In this document: piece by piece, positions 12,401 to 25,168 of the stretch
Position numbering within the stretch: position 1 is the stretch's first letter
How the letters are laid out: each line of letters begins with the position of its first letter
From: Lama guanicoe
Taxonomy: Eukaryota
NCBI GenBank assembly: GCA_013239625.1
Contig: MU054575.1
Span: 867,687 to 931,686 of the forward strand
Length of the DNA: 64,000 nucleotides
Direction: 5' to 3'
Notes under the pieces: generated by a model
What the model saw: only the letters and a program-made list of their open reading frames with translations
The model's database searches: none
Told to the model about the DNA's origin: nothing
Program-made: the position numbers and the translations under genes

Positions 12401-15400
12401 CTCTGGTGCTAGAGGCCCCACGGGTTTCCTTGCTCTCACGTGGGGTAGAGCCCTTTCCTGCCTGAGGTTTCCCGTGGGAGCTGTGCCTGTGTGCCTGAGC
12501 ACACGTGCGTGCATGTGTGCCCGGGGTCTGGTGCTCTGGTGCAGCTGTGGTTGGGTGGGGCGGGAGCCAGATACTGGCCCTGTAGTGGAGCAAGCCCTTC
12601 ACAAAGGACGGGATGCCCACTAGGAAAGAAGATAGTGGGAGGGCCCCACAGAGAGGGCTTTGGCAGGATGCATAGGAGTTTTCTGTGCTTCTGAAGGGCA
12701 AGGTGCTTGGCCGTGACAGGCCTGGAGGTCCAAGTAGCCTGGCTCAGTAAGAAGTTCCTGTTTTACTCCTTGTCTTCCCCTCAGGGCTGGGGGTGCGGGG
12801 TGGCGGTGCCAGGCCAGCCCTCAGGAGGGAGCAGTGACAGAACAGCCAGCCCCCAGTACCCTTGCTCCCAGGTGGCCTTGGCCGCCTGGAGCTGGAGGCC
12901 GAGGCCTGCCTATGCCTTCCAGAGGGGTCAAGGGCTGAGTTCCCATGTGGTGACTCATGGAGGAGAAACGCTCCCTCAGAAATGAGAGCCTGAGTCACAG
13001 CCCTCGGTGGTGCTGTGAGGAGGGAAGGCGTCCCGGGGCTGTGTCCCAACCCCGGACCCTGCACCCCTGACCCAGTGGGCCTAGCGTGCCCTGCCCCCTC
13101 CAGGAAGCAGGGCAGGGGGAGAGGCTCCTGAGGCCCACTGAGGGCAGGCCTGTCCCCCATGAGGGGAAGGAGGCAGGACGAGGAGGGCCCCATGGTCTTC
13201 CATGAGGGTGGGTGGAGCTGCGATTCAAACCCAGGCCCCCTGCCCACCCGGCACATCGGCCCCAGTCTGTTTGGTGCCCCTCCTGGTGCCCAGCCCCAGT
13301 GCCACCTGGCGTTTTGCTGCCAGTGAGCCCTCACCCCACTGCACCTGAGTCACCGAGGGCAGAGGTCGCTGTCTCAGCCGCCATCCTCCCCCAGGAGGCC
13401 ACCTCAGTCCCACCAGAGGGAGGGGGACCGAGGGAGCTGGGGACAGGGCCCTTTCCCCAGAAGACTCAGTGTCCTGCTCTACAAAGTGGGCGGGACCCTT
13501 GGCGCTGCCCTCACCTGGCACGGGTGCCTGGGACCATCCTCCTTGCTGGTTCCAGCTCCACAGAACACGGCCCCCAGGGCTCAGTGCAGGGCCCCCGGTC
13601 TCTGACAACACCGCTCTGGCCAGGAGCAGTGGGGGCCCTTCTCACCCCTTCCCTACCCCTCAGCAGCCTGGGAGCCGAACGTCCCTTGGAGAATCACCTC
13701 CACCCCTGCCCTTCCAGGGCTCACCATCCTGGTCCCCCTGCAGCCCCCGCTCAGAGTGTCCACAGCATGAGGGGCGGGAGGGCAAGGGCTCCACCTCCTC
13801 TTTCTTCTGTCACCTGCTTGACGTGCCCTGAGGGTCCGATTCTTGCCCTCCAGCTCAGAGGCTTCAGGGACTTGGGTGGCGGGGTTTGAGCTGTCCTCAG
13901 CTGTCGGAGCCTACATGTGACTGAAGGGGCAGGTAGGGGAGATGCCCAGGGGACACCTGTGCCCTGGGGCCTGAGCGCTGTGTGACCACAACTGTCACTC
14001 CCAGGATTCAGTGTCCGGCCATCGTGGCTCTTGCGGTTAATCTCCTGGGAGCTGTCCTCAGTTTCACCTGCATCCCCACCAGCACCAAAGAGGCCAGCAC
14101 CCAGGCCCAGGCTGCCCCGCCAGGTAAGGGCCACCAGATACACATAAAACGTGCCCCACCGTGCGCGTCCCGCCCGGTGTCCGCTGCCAAACACACCTGG
14201 TCAGTTACACCCACCAGGGACGCTGCTTCCAGACACCCGGGCAGCGTGAGGCCTGAGCCCTCCCCGCTACCAGCCAGCAGCCTGGACCCCGGGCTAGGCC
14301 TCCCCAGCCCAGCCTTTCCTCCAGGGGGTTTGCCAAGACCACGATGTGCCAAAGCATCCGTGGTGGCTTCCCACCTGCCGGGGTGGGGGAGATGGGTGTG
14401 CTCTGTCCTTCCTTAAGCCCCCCCAGGGTGCTGGGCATCTCCCAGCTTCAGACACCATCAGAGCGGAGCCTGGGTAGGCCCAGGTGGAACCTGGGGCAGG
14501 GCGGGGGTCGTTAGCCAGGACCCGGAGGCCCAGGGCAGCTGGTCGCCATGCTGTATAGGGTGACTCGAGGGTACCAGCTTCAGGAGTGCAGCTCTGGGGG
14601 AGCACCGAGGTTGGGAGCAGAGCACGGCCAGGTTAGGGCACATGGGTTCACCCTGCCTCCCAGGCCCCGTGGGGAGAGGTGGGGCTCCACATGGGGTCCC
14701 CTTCAGGACATCCCAGCCCATCCACTTCCTGCCTGGCACAGCATAGGACCCCGGGCCTCTTGGCCCAGTGACCGAGAGCAACCCAGAGACCCACCTAGGA
14801 GCCAGCCCGGGACAGGAGGCCCCTGAACCACAGCTCTGATGGAACAACCCGGAAAGAGTCAGGAGGGAGGGCCTGGGGTGGGGTCAGGCCTGGAGGCACA
14901 GAGGAAGAGGGCTGAGGTGCAGGAGGAGCCTGGGAGAGTCAGGCAGGGCAGCGCAGCCAAACCCAGCTGGGAGGCTGCACCGTGGTCCTCAAGTATCTGC
15001 CAGTGGTCACTCTCAGCCACTGAGGGTGGCCCCTTCTCAGTAACGGCTGCCTCCCTGGCCTTGTCGCGCTCCTGCCGCAGCCTAGGGCTGGGCAGGGAGC
15101 AGCTGCCCTGGTTACGGGGGTTGGGGGAGCCAGGGCCTCCATTACTTGGTACCCAGGTCCAGGCCAGGTTGTCTCCCGGAATTCAGAGGTTCGCAGGGTC
15201 GGCAGGGCCTGAGGTCCAGTCCTGTGAGTGTGATGAGCTGCCTGGGGCACACCCAGGGTGCCTGTGAGGGAGACTCTGTGGAGGGCTCCCATCCCTGACA
15301 GGTACGGGTCTCCAGGCAGCTGTCCTGTGGTCTGATGAACCCCTCTGGTGCCCCAGGTGGACCCAAGGCCAGCGTGTTTGACCTGAAGGCCATCACTCGT

Positions 15401-18400
15401 CTTCTGCTGCTGCCGGGCGTCCTGCCCATATTTCTGGTCAAGGTGATCTCTGGCTTCCCCTCCGGTGAGTCCTGGGCTGCCCAGCCAGGTGTCCAGAGCC
15501 TGGTGCCGCCGAGAATTCCGGGCCGTGGGGACGGAGGCCTGCGGCCCTTTGATCGCCCCTTCCCTCTGCCCTGTGCCGCGTGCTCCTAGCCTCCCTGGTG
15601 CCTGATCCGGTCACATCTGTCCCAGAGAGGAAGACGGCCGCCTGCTTTGGGCAGATGTGGCGCTCAGGCCAGAAGGAGGAGGAACAGAGAAGTGTCTGTC
15701 TTCTCCCTGCCCTCCAGCCCCTCAGGGCTCCTGCTTTCCAAAAGCTCTCACTGCCCTGCCCTGAGGCCTCTTGGACAGCCTGAGAGGCAGAGAAGACAGC
15801 AGTCTGCAGGGGAAGGCACACATTCTACCGACTTCTGTGTCCCTTCTCGGTGGACCTGAGGGCATCCCTGACTACAGTCGTGCCTGGTAGCTACCCTTCA
15901 GAGCCCCCGTCTGGGGTTCTCCAACCAGGGGAGCAGCACAGAGGACAAATTAGTGTGACATGGTTGACAGGCGTTCAAGTGCTTCCGCTTCCACGTCCAC
16001 GTCAGTGCTAGAGGGTTCCCTCGGCTGCAGGAAGCTCTTTGCCTTTGCAAACCTGCCCCAGCTCCTAGGAGGGGCTCCCTAGTCAGCTCTGTCTGACATC
16101 CAGGACGGCTCTCTGGGGGCACAGTGACGGGAACTGAGTCACCGACGGCAGTCCTGGGGCCACGTCTTCCCACAGCATCAACCACCCTCCTCTGACGGCC
16201 CTGGGCTTCAGCCGCCCCGGCCATGGGGCAGCTCCCAGCACCTTCCTGCACGCAGTCCACAGCGGCCGCACGGGGAGCACCTCCCTGGCCAGCGAGGACC
16301 CCACGGAAGGTTGGCGTTGGCCTCCCGAGCCAGTCACTGCAGCCGGGCCCCTGGAGCCCTGACTGGCCAGCTGATGGGGGTGGGGTGGGGGAAGGCCCGT
16401 CCCCTAGCCTGACCTTGCAGCCTGACCTCCCGCCTCGTCCAGGGCTCTTCATGGTCATGTTCTCCATCATCTCCATGGACTTCTTCCAGCTGGAGGCCGC
16501 CCAGTCCGGCTACCTCATGTCCTTCTTCGGGGTCCTCCAGATGGTGAGTGGGTGCCGGGTGCACAGGGTGGGCGGGGGTCTGGCATCCCAGGCTCTGTGG
16601 TCCCCTGCCCTCCCAGCCCCATCCACGCTGTCGGCCTGTGTCAGGGTCCCTGGGTCCTCGCACCTGCCTGGCTGGGTTTATGAGCAGTGCAGGTTCCATC
16701 CTGCATGCTCGCTTTTCGGATGTCCCCACCTTTGCCTCTGAGTCGTCCTCCTCTCTGCTCTCGGCACCCCCAGCCTGGGTCTGCGCCCACCTACCTGGTC
16801 TGCCCACCCATCTGCCCTGGGTTTCCATCTGAGAGGGGAGAGGGGAAACATCCCCCGTGCAGGCTGGTGAGCCCTTGGCCTCCCGTCAGAAACACATCGG
16901 GGGCCCATGGTCCGCGAGTGCACGTCTGGGCACTGCAGCGGACAGGGGAGGGAGGGAGGAGACCCCAGGGGTGGGCGTGTTTCAGGAGAACAGCCAGGCT
17001 CTGCGTTCCCCCGCCCACCTGCCCACCAGTTGTGTGGCTGTGGCGGGGACAGGTGGCGACGTGCCGCCGCCACCCGGGACGTCTGCCTGACAGCCGGAGC
17101 GCAGGAGGGCTATTCTGGGATCTGCCTGAGTCGGGGAGAGAGCTCTCGAATTCTCCGGAAGCGAGTGGCATTCCCAGCACCTCCAAGCCATCTGCTCCCC
17201 ACGCCTCTGGGCCCATCACTGGTCCAGCCCTGACACTAAAATAGCCACACCCGGGAGGGCCCTGCCCCACTCCACTGTGGGCGGAGAGGGCCTAGCTGGG
17301 CTGGGAAGTGCCACCCTGGTGGCGGAAAAAAGATATACACAGAAAACAGCAACAGTAATAGTAATACTCTAAACTTGGGGGCCACGGGACCCTTGTTCTA
17401 AACGACTGCAGCAGCCTGCCTGGGGCCAGGATACCAGCCTGAGCTCATCCTGGGCTCCCCTGTACCCTGCGTGAAGCCAGCAGAACCCTTGAGACCCTCA
17501 GGGACCGACACTGGTAGCCTCTGGCCTGGCTGGGTGCGAGGGTGGGCCTGACTGAGATGAGCCTGGGGCCCCAGCACCCCGTGCAGGTGGCGATGGACAC
17601 GGAGAAGAGCCTGGGGCTGAGGCCTGGGGACCCCAGCACAGGCCGACTGGATGGAGGAGGCTGCGGAGGGGTGGGCCTTCGGAGAGGGGCAGGGAGCCCA
17701 CAGAGCAGCGGCGGGGTGCCAGACCCCGGGCCCTAAGTCCTGGGGGGTTGAGGTGGGTGGGCAGCTGGCCTGCAGGGTCTTGACAGAGGGCAGACTTGGG
17801 AGCTGGGTTTTCTGGTGGGATTGTTTTTGGAGAAGGGTCCTTGATTTTTTTTAATTTAAATTTTATTTTTATTATGTTTTAATAGCGGAACTGAGGATTG
17901 AACCCAGGACTGTGTTCATGCTAAGCATGTGCTGTACCACTGAGCTAAACCCCACCTTGGGGCCTGAGTTTTGTGTCTGCAGAGAGACCTGAGCCACCTT
18001 CATCAGGCCCCTCCCCACCCCCACCCAGGGCAGGGTTGGTCCCCGCGGTCCGGGGAGGTGGCCCCTCTGCAGGGTGAACTGTGCCTCCCACCTGGTCCCC
18101 CACAGCTGATCTCGCACCTGCTGCTTCCCTTGCAAACCATTTCCGGCCCCACCCAAGGTGTGGCGGCTGCAGCCTGATCCCCAGGGAGCTACAGCACCCT
18201 CCTCCGTCAGCCCCCTGTGTGGGCGGGTCGTCGGGGTTGGGGACTCAGGGGACGGCAGCCCAGGCGGCCCTAACAAAAGAGGCAGCAGTCACCTCCCGCT
18301 GGTGGTCTTGCCGCCCTCTGTCCCTAGAGGGCCCTGCTGTGAGAGCCCCCCCGCATTTGGCCTTCATCTGCGCCCCAGGCGTGGTGCCGCTGCAGAGATG

Positions 18401-21400
18401 AGTAGCTTCCCTCATACCCGGGGAGATGGAGATAAACCCCCAGCCGCCTAGCACCTGACACATCGGGGTGACAAACACCGAGGGACAGTCGAGGTCCTGG
18501 GAGGGGTAGAGATGCCGCTGTATGCGGGGTGGCTGGTGGGGCACTTTCCACTGGCGCAGGGAGAAACCGGAGTGAGAGGACCACAGGAAGAGGAGGGGCT
18601 ACAGTGCAAAGGCCCTGGGGTGACTGAGCCGGCCTGAGGGGAAAGAACCAGGCTCTGAAGACTTGCACTGGGGCGAGGGGTGGGCTGCAAGGCCAAGAAG
18701 GACCTGGATTCACTCAGATTCACTTGGAGTGGGTGCGGCCGTGAAGGGGCTGGATGTGATCTTACCGGCTCCGCACCCCATCCCAGGCCTGCTCGAGCAG
18801 GGGTGTGTATAGAACTGGGTGCTCGTGGCCAGTGTGACCTGGGAGTGGTGTTCGGGCCAGGACGAGGGTGACAGGGAGCAGGAGGGGTAAGTGGACAGGG
18901 TCTCCAGATGGGAAGTTTGGGAGAAAGCAAAACATCTGGTGTGTTTGGTAACTTCAGTTTCATGTAAGAATCCGTTAAGGCACAGAAGCTCAGTCTTTTT
19001 AAAGTTAACGGGAAAATGGACAGACAGCCTTCACCGGTCCCGGCCTTGGGGTCTGTGGGGAAAGCTGAGGCAGGTTTCCGTCCCTTGTGGTTTGGTGGTT
19101 CCCTCTTGGTGTCCTGCACTCAGAGAAACTTGCCAAACAGACCTTCCCTTTAAACAAACAAACAAACAAAACTAAGATAAGCAAGTGTGAAAGTAGGATT
19201 TTTTCTTAAGGAAGCACATCTTTGGTTCTGGTTTCAAACAGTTTCCTTACAGCAGGCAGGCAGCGAGGAGAGTGGTCAGTCCAGTTCCGCAGGGCTGTGC
19301 TCGCCCCAGGACCCACAGCCCAGCCCAAGACACTGAGCCCTGCCTGGCCCCAGCCCCAGTGGGTGCTGCTCCAAACCCACTGTGCCCTGGGCACTTCCTG
19401 CCAGCCCGCGGACCAGAGAGGGAGCCTCACCCTGGCCTGGGAACAGCCTGAGGGCTGGGCTTGCCCTCTGAGTCACATCCACAGTGTCCTGGGTGTCCCT
19501 GCTGGGGGCCCTTCCTCCCACCCTCGTGGAAAGGGCAGGAAGGGGAGCTCTAACTTCACGTGACTCTTGGCTGGCTGGCCATCCCGGGGGAGGGCGAGGA
19601 GGTCACAGCTGGGAGTGGACAGCTGAGTGTCAGTGGGGGTTACCCGGGGCTGCCACCTCCTCGGGGGCCCTCACCTGACAGGCTCAAGACAAGGCACTGG
19701 TTCTGGGTCCTGAGGTTCACCATCCACCCCACCAGACTGTACCCCAGCTCCATCACCAGCCAGCTCTGGGACTTTGAGCAGGTGATGCCAGCACTCTGGG
19801 CCTCAGTGTCCCCAGTTATAACTGGGGTGGTAGCCTCCTATGGTGTGGAGGACAACAGGGCTCCTGACCCAGTCCCAGCACAGGGATGGTAGACGGTAGC
19901 TGGTGTGCCTGCTCTGGCCAGCTGGTCCGAGGGCCCCAGGTAGGCACCAGGGCTCTGGGCTCAGGTCCCAGTCCAGCCACCTCCTCCTCTCTGGGCCCTG
20001 GTCTCCCCATCTGTGAAATGGGCAGGTCCTACCTCCCAGAAGAGGCAGCCAAAGAGGGGGCTGAGGAAGAGTGGCTGGCTGGGATGGGGGCACACAGGGG
20101 CCAGTGACAAGGAAGGGGGCTTCCCAGGGCCACAAGGGAACCCAGGTTTTGGAGTCAGGGCCACACTGTGAGCATGTTCATATCAAAGCAGCTTTTTTTT
20201 GGCAGGAAGGTAGAGCTCAGTGGTAGAGCACATGTTTAGTTTAGCATGCTTAAGGTCCTGGGTTCAATCTCCAGTACCTCCATTTAAAAAAAAAATTTTA
20301 ACAATAAGAAAAATGTTAAAAAAATTTTTTTAATGCTAAGAAGTTTTTGCACCATAAGCCATTGTCTCCCCAACCCCCCGTCAGGAGTTAACTGAACCTT
20401 TGGTTAAAACATGTTCATCATGTCTGAAATTGGAGACAAGATTACATTGAACGTGGAACTCAGACCTCTGAGCGGCTGGCTGTACGTGTGTGTGCACATG
20501 TGTGTGCAGGCAGGCCATGTCCGTGCATGGGTTCCACCCTCTGCCCTGCGCCTGGTTGCTGCTAGGGGTGGTGGCAGGGGCCCCAAGGGCTGCAGAGGGT
20601 GGGGGAGGCTCTGGGAGACCCCCTTCCAGGGCTCCACCACACCCACCTCCACCTTCTCGCCCTCGCCAGGTCATCCAGGGCCTGGTCATCGGACGACTGA
20701 GCAGCCACTTCTCTGAGGGAGCCCTGCTCCGGGCCAGCGTGCTAGTCTTCAGCGTCGTGGGCCTGGCCATGGTGAGAGCGCCCTGCTCAGGCTGCCCCCA
20801 CAATGAGTGGGTCCCAGGCCCGCTCCCCTGACCCTCTGCAGGTGCCCAGTTTGTACTTGAGGCCCTGGGTCCCTCCATCCTCACCCAGGGCCACCTCTGT
20901 GGGACCTCAGGGGTGGGCCCCCCAATCCTGGTCCGTGTGGCCCCCAATCACCAGGGTCCCTGCTCTGCACCAGGCGCTGATGGCCAACATCTTCCACTTC
21001 TGTCTCCTGATGCCCGGCCTGGTCTTCAGCCTGTGTGCCCTCAACGTGGTCACCGACAGCATGCTGACCAAGGCCGTCTCGGCCTCAGACACCGGTGAGT
21101 GAGGCGTCCCGGCCCCGCGCGGGGCGGGCCCCAGGGGCGCTCCGGCCTCCCCTCTGGGCGGCTTGCTGAGCAGTGTCAGGCAGAGCAGCTGCCCCGACTG
21201 GAGACCTGCCCGGACAGTAGGTGCTGAGCAGGGCGGGTGGCCTAGAGTCTAAATGGGCAGAGTGGGGATGGTGGGCTACAAGAAAGCCCAGGTGAGAGTT
21301 CTGCCCACCCCCCAGCCCAGCTGGTCCCAGCCAACCCTGGGGCTTCCTGGAGGTGGTATCTGGCTTGGCTCTGAAGTGAGCACGGGCAGGGTTTCGTTAG

Positions 21401-22962
21401 AAGAGAGGAGGAAAGGTGGCACCCCAGGCCCAGCCCCCGCGGAGCAAAGGTTTGGGGATGTGGGTCAGAAAGTCCCCCTCAGAGGCCGTAGGGAAGGAGG
21501 GAGACCAGAATGGGAAGGAGACTAGAGCACCGTTGTGGCCTTCTGTTCTCTCCCCACATGCGCACAGCACACAGCGGGTGTGCAGGTGCTTCCTGAGTGA
21601 AGGACTGAGTGAGTGAACGCACGCAGCTGGCTAAGTCTGGGAGGCTCCCAGGCCAGCCGCTGGGAATCAGGAACCCCCAGACGTGGACCCCCAGCCCCCA
21701 CTCTGCACCAGCCTTCTTTCTCGAGGCCAAGGAGTCTCCCATCCACCCTGATGGTGCTCAGGCTCCCCTGCACTGCCCTGGGCATGGTGCAGACCCAGGC
21801 CAGGGGCTCCTGGGGACCGGTGGAGGTCAAAGGCTCCCCTAGCAGTGGGGCCAGAAAGCTCAGGGGCTTGGCCGACCCTCTGGCCATCGACCTGCTTGTC
21901 TGGGAGGGGCAGACTGAGGTCTAGAGGCCAGGATGAAAATGGGGAGGCTGTCTGGCAAGCTGAGGACCTCCAAGGCCTTCCAGACCTGTGGCTCTGTGGT
22001 TCTGGGAGGCCAGGCTGGTCCTGGACGGCTTCCTGGAGACAGTGGGCTGGCACTTTAGAGAACCAAGAGGAGGGAGCAAGAGATGAGGGAGGGCAGGAGG
22101 CAGGGGAGGGAGGAGGGAAGAGCAGATCCAGGCCACTGGGCCGCACTGGGCCCAAGGCACCACCCTCCACTTGGAAGGAGCCAGGAACTGGTTCCCAGCC
22201 GGCCTGGGAACCCAAACCACAGAGGGGGCGGTAATTGCTCCCTGGTGTCTGCAGGGCATGTGGGCGATGGGAGAGGCTGCTCTTAAATAAGCCACGCCCC
22301 ACCGCCCCCACCACCTAGGGTTCCCAGCTCCCAGAGACCTGGCTCCTAAGCCCCTGGCGCCTGGGACCCTCTGGGCAGATGTCATTGTTAACAGCAGCCA
22401 CACTCAGCGGCCCACAGTGGACACAGCTGACAGGGGGAGTGGAGCTGGGGGTGGCAGATAAGAGGGGGCGCAAGAAGCTAGGGGAGCCTGGGAAGTTAAT
22501 GCAGAGAAGCAGGTGGGGGCCCTTCCTGTGCCCCGAAGCCCCTCCCTAGCCCTGTAGGGTGTTCCCTCTGGTCCATTTGAAGGCAGTAGGGGCCGTGAGG
22601 GGTGACACGGGGCATGCCCTGGCCCACGTTGCAGGGAGCAGACCCACAGGACAGAGGGGAAGGAGCTGGGGGATGGAGAGGGGGACAGTGGGGGCAGGGA
22701 GGCTGTGGCTGTGTCCAGGGCAGTGGTGCTAAGGGACCTGCCCAGATTTCACTACGCTCCCAACCCATTCACAGGGACCATGCTGGGCCTCTGCGCCTCT
22801 GTGCAGCCGCTGACCCGAACCCTGGGGCCCACCCTGGGCGGCCTCCTGTACCGCAGCTTCGGAGTCCCCGTCTTCGGCCACGTGCAGTTTGCAGTCAACT
22901 TCCTTGTCCTCCTGTTCCTCTGGAGGCAGCCTATGCCCCAGAAGAAAGACAAAGTCTGGTGA
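3340..22962 (+). CDS. SLC22A18: Solute carrier family 22 member 18 (MFS transporter-like), complete spliced CDS
   Basis: join(3340..3483,5617..5714,6587..6747,6877..7009,14005..14123,15357..15464,16443..16543,20670..20771,20974..21094,22775..22962) = 1275 nt = 424 aa + TGA. All introns are GT-AG with consistent phases. The peptide (VILLTYVLAALELTCLFMQFS...GRFADQHGAR...LLYRSFGVPVFGHVQ) matches human SLC22A18 as recalled, also 424 aa. Confidence 0.96.
3689..4974. repeat. Inverted repeat, arms 3689-3771 and 4895-4974
   Basis: 3689-3749 is the reverse complement of 4914-4974 at 60/61 nt. Confidence 0.95.
3689..5500. mobile_element. Two degenerate L2 fragments in opposite orientation (about 3690-4080 on +, about 4120-5500 on -)
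   Basis: GGGCCTTTGC / GTGCAAAGGCCCTG hallmark and a TTATTCATTCAACAA tail at about 4128; boundaries approximate. Confidence 0.5.
5617..5714 (+). CDS. SLC22A18: SLC22A18 coding exon 2 (YLSRRLG...PVFGR)
   Basis: tttcag|TAC ... GGCAG|gtactg; 98 nt. Confidence 0.95.
6587..6747 (+). CDS. SLC22A18: SLC22A18 coding exon 3 (FADQHGAR...MHTLP)
   Basis: cccag|GTTC ... CCAG|gtaggg; 161 nt; acceptor is weak (see findings). Confidence 0.9.
6877..7009 (+). CDS. SLC22A18: SLC22A18 coding exon 4 (AAQMVITD...SSACG)
   Basis: cctag|CTGCC ... TGTGG|gtgagt; 133 nt. Confidence 0.95.
7748..8400 (-). mobile_element. L2 fragment
   Basis: TTCATTTG..ATATTTATTGA..CCAGGTGCTGGGATGCAGTGGTGAAC; GCAAGTGCAAAGGCCCTGAGG. Confidence 0.6.
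9140..9200 (-). mobile_element. MIR core fragment
   Basis: GGGAAACTGAGGCCCAGAGAGGGTAAG. Confidence 0.6.
14005..14123 (+). CDS. SLC22A18: SLC22A18 coding exon 5 (IQCPAIVA...QAAPP)
   Basis: cccag|GATT ... CCAG|gtaagg; 119 nt. Confidence 0.95.
15357..15464 (+). CDS. SLC22A18: SLC22A18 coding exon 6 (GGPKASVFDLK...SGFPS)
   Basis: cccag|GTGGA ... TCCG|gtgagt; 108 nt. Confidence 0.95.
16443..16543 (+). CDS. SLC22A18: SLC22A18 coding exon 7 (GLFMVMFS...GVLQM)
   Basis: gtccag|GGCTC ... ATG|gtgagt; 101 nt. Confidence 0.95.
17845..17956 (-). mobile_element. tRNA-derived SINE (camelid Vic-1-like)
   Basis: A box TAGCTCAGTGG, B box GGTTCAATCC and A-rich tail on the - strand. Confidence 0.8.
19720..20040 (+). 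mobile_element. MIR fragments
   Basis: CTCTGGGCCTCAGT.TCCCC and CCCCATCTGTGAAATGGG. Confidence 0.55.
20201..20330 (+). mobile_element. tRNA-derived SINE (camelid Vic-1-like)
   Basis: AGCTCAGTGGTAGAGC...GTCCTGGGTTCAATCTCCAGTACCTCC followed by an A tail. Confidence 0.8.
20670..20771 (+). CDS. SLC22A18: SLC22A18 coding exon 8 (VIQGLVIG...VGLAM)
   Basis: cgccag|GTC ... ATG|gtgaga; 102 nt. Confidence 0.95.
20974..21094 (+). CDS. SLC22A18: SLC22A18 coding exon 9 (ALMANIFHF...SASDT)
   Basis: caccag|GCG ... ACCG|gtgagt; 121 nt. Confidence 0.95.
22775..22962 (+). CDS. SLC22A18: SLC22A18 last coding exon (GTMLGLCASV...KDKVW*)
   Basis: cacag|GGACC ... TGA at 22960-22962. Confidence 0.95.
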
Positions 22963-22987
22963 CTAATGCCCCTGGGCACAGACTGGC

Positions 22988-22993
22988 AATAAA
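22988..22993 (+). terminator. SLC22A18 polyadenylation signal AATAAA (very short 3' UTR)
   Basis: AATAAA 25 nt after the stop codon, followed by pyrimidine-rich sequence. Confidence 0.8.
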
Positions 22994-24869
22994 CTCCCTC
23001 GGGACCTCTTTCAGCCTGATTTCTGCAGGCTCCCACCCGTTGGGCAGGAGGCTTGGGGGTGAAAGATGGAGCTTTGGATGCTGGAGGGCTTCCTGGAGGA
23101 GAGGGCCTGCAGCTGGGCCCCAGGGCTCTGGGGAAGACAGAATCACCCAAGTTCCTCCCAGTCTGAGGTGGGCCCCACCCTGGGGTCCATCGCCCACCAG
23201 TCCTGCCGCTGCTGCCCAGATAGCTCTCCTCACGTCTCCAGAGACAGAAGGCTCCCTGCTCAGCCCTCCCCACCCCTCGCCTTGGGCTGAGCACGTGCCC
23301 GCAGGCCCTCATTGTTCCTGAAGGGAAACAGGACAGGCCAGTTTTAAAAGACCAGGAATTTGAGGCTTGGGACAGTATCTAGGAAAGGAACTCTCACTTC
23401 CTGCTGGAAAGCCCAGGGTAGCTCGGGGCAGCCAGGCCTGAGAACTGGCTTCCCTCCCCCTCTCCCCGCCTCCCAGCCCAGGTTCTGTGGAGAGGGGGGA
23501 CCAGACATGGGGAGGTCAGCTGGCTGCTGCGGCCAATGACCGGTGTAGAGAGAAGGACGTGTCAGGCCTGCAGGGGCCCCCAGACGGGGAAGGCCACCCC
23601 TCCCCCACAGGCTGCCTGTGAAAAAGTGATTAAAATTCCGAATGCCCAACCTCAGAATTCCACAGTCCCCTGGTCCTCAGAGAGCCGTGGCCCTCCGCCC
23701 TCCCGGCCTCTGCTCCGGCCCCAGCAGGAGCGGGGATCACACCCTCTGACTTTGGTTGCTCCCTCAGGAAGGTCTGGTGGGCGGGGCCTCCCAGGTGGGG
23801 CAGGATGAAGTCGCGCCCGGGTGGACGTGGGCCCTGGAGCTGGCCTTCCCCACTCCCCTTGCGCACGGGGGCTTCGCAGTGTTGTTCAGGAGAGAATCCA
23901 TCGCGGGAGTGGTGTGTTCTGCGGACCCAGTACGCAGGCTCCCCCCAGCTTCCCAGCAGAGGGACAGCCCCTCCCCAGTCTGACCCCTGGGACCCAGTTA
24001 GAGGCCTGCGATGATGCCCTCGAGGTCAAGGGTGAGTGACTGACATTAGGGCCACTTTTGGTCCTTCCTCCCCTCACCGCTGCCTCCCACACCTGGTATT
24101 GTCCCAGCCACAAAGGGGAAACAAAGGCCCCTTCACAAGGCCAGGATCAGTGTCCTGTCCCATTCTTCTAGTGTTGGCTTTTTGTCACCAACAGACCTTC
24201 TGGGTGGAGGGAGACACCCTGAGGGAGGGGCAGGGGGGGCAGCCCTAGTGTGTCCCAGGCCACCCACCTTCCCAGGCAGGAAACAGGGAAGCTCCCTGCC
24301 TTGTCAGGTACCTCAGGCTTCCCCACTCCCATGTCCCCTGCCACCCTAGCAGACACAGTGCAGGCCTCTCTCTCAGATGCCCAGAAGCACTGCCCACCTT
24401 GCTGGCCCCACACGTCGGGCACTGGCCAGCAGGAGGCCAGCAGCCAGGGCCGAGGGCTTCTTCTCACAGGTGTGGACAGGTGGCTGGGGTAGGGGGCAGC
24501 TAAGGTCCGCCACTGAGTACAGGAGCAGCTCAGATTCGGGGAGGTGCACTGACCTTAGTGGGCCAGCTGGTGAGTGACTTCCCTGAGCAAGCACTGCCCA
24601 GTCCTCCCCATTCCACACCCAGGAACGGAAGTCAGCCAGGGCCAAACCCCAAGGCACTTCCCAGCCTCCTTGGGAGAGGCTGCTTGGCAAGGAGGGTGTG
24701 GCCAGGGTCCAGCAGAGGACAGTGTTCATTGAAAGCGCATTTCCTTGCCCTTTGGAGGCCTGGGGTGGCTGCTTCCCCTGCTCCAACACACACACTGAAT
24801 GAAGGGGCCTCTGACTCCCCCTCCCCTCCCCAGAGGAAGCTCACTGCATCACACCCGGCTGGTAGAAAA

Positions 24870-25168
24870 GAGAACAGCTCAAGTAGTTTATTTGGAATGG
24901 ACATATTGATGCAAAAAATATATATTATTAAGACAAATGGTTTTACCACAAATATCATCAAAATAAATACATAGATAGTCCAATAATTTAACGCGCCCGC
25001 ACAGCGGGGGCGAGGCTCCTCGGCTCCGCACGGGAGGGTCCTTCTCTGCGGGACAGGGATGCCGCCCCGGCCTTTGTCCTCGCTGTGGTCAGCGGGTGGG
25101 CGCCGCCCGGGCTCCTGCCGCTCCGGGCATCCCCTGGGCTCCTGCTCGACTGGTCCAGTGTGTGGCTC
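24870..25168 (-). other. PHLDA2: PHLDA2 exon 2 (3' UTR only); intron 25169-25436
   Basis: Donor GCG|gtgagt 11 nt after the stop; acceptor ctctccccacag|GAG; AU-rich UTR. Confidence 0.8.
24887..24892 (-). terminator. PHLDA2 polyadenylation signal AATAAA
   Basis: tttatt on the + strand, with U-rich downstream sequence on the - strand. Confidence 0.8.

Noticed and set aside
12498-12520. Purine-pyrimidine alternating near-palindromes (also about 20480-20510, 44030-44115 and 62580-62655)
   Set aside because: Decayed (CA/TG)n microsatellites; too short and ordinary to claim Z-DNA or hairpin function
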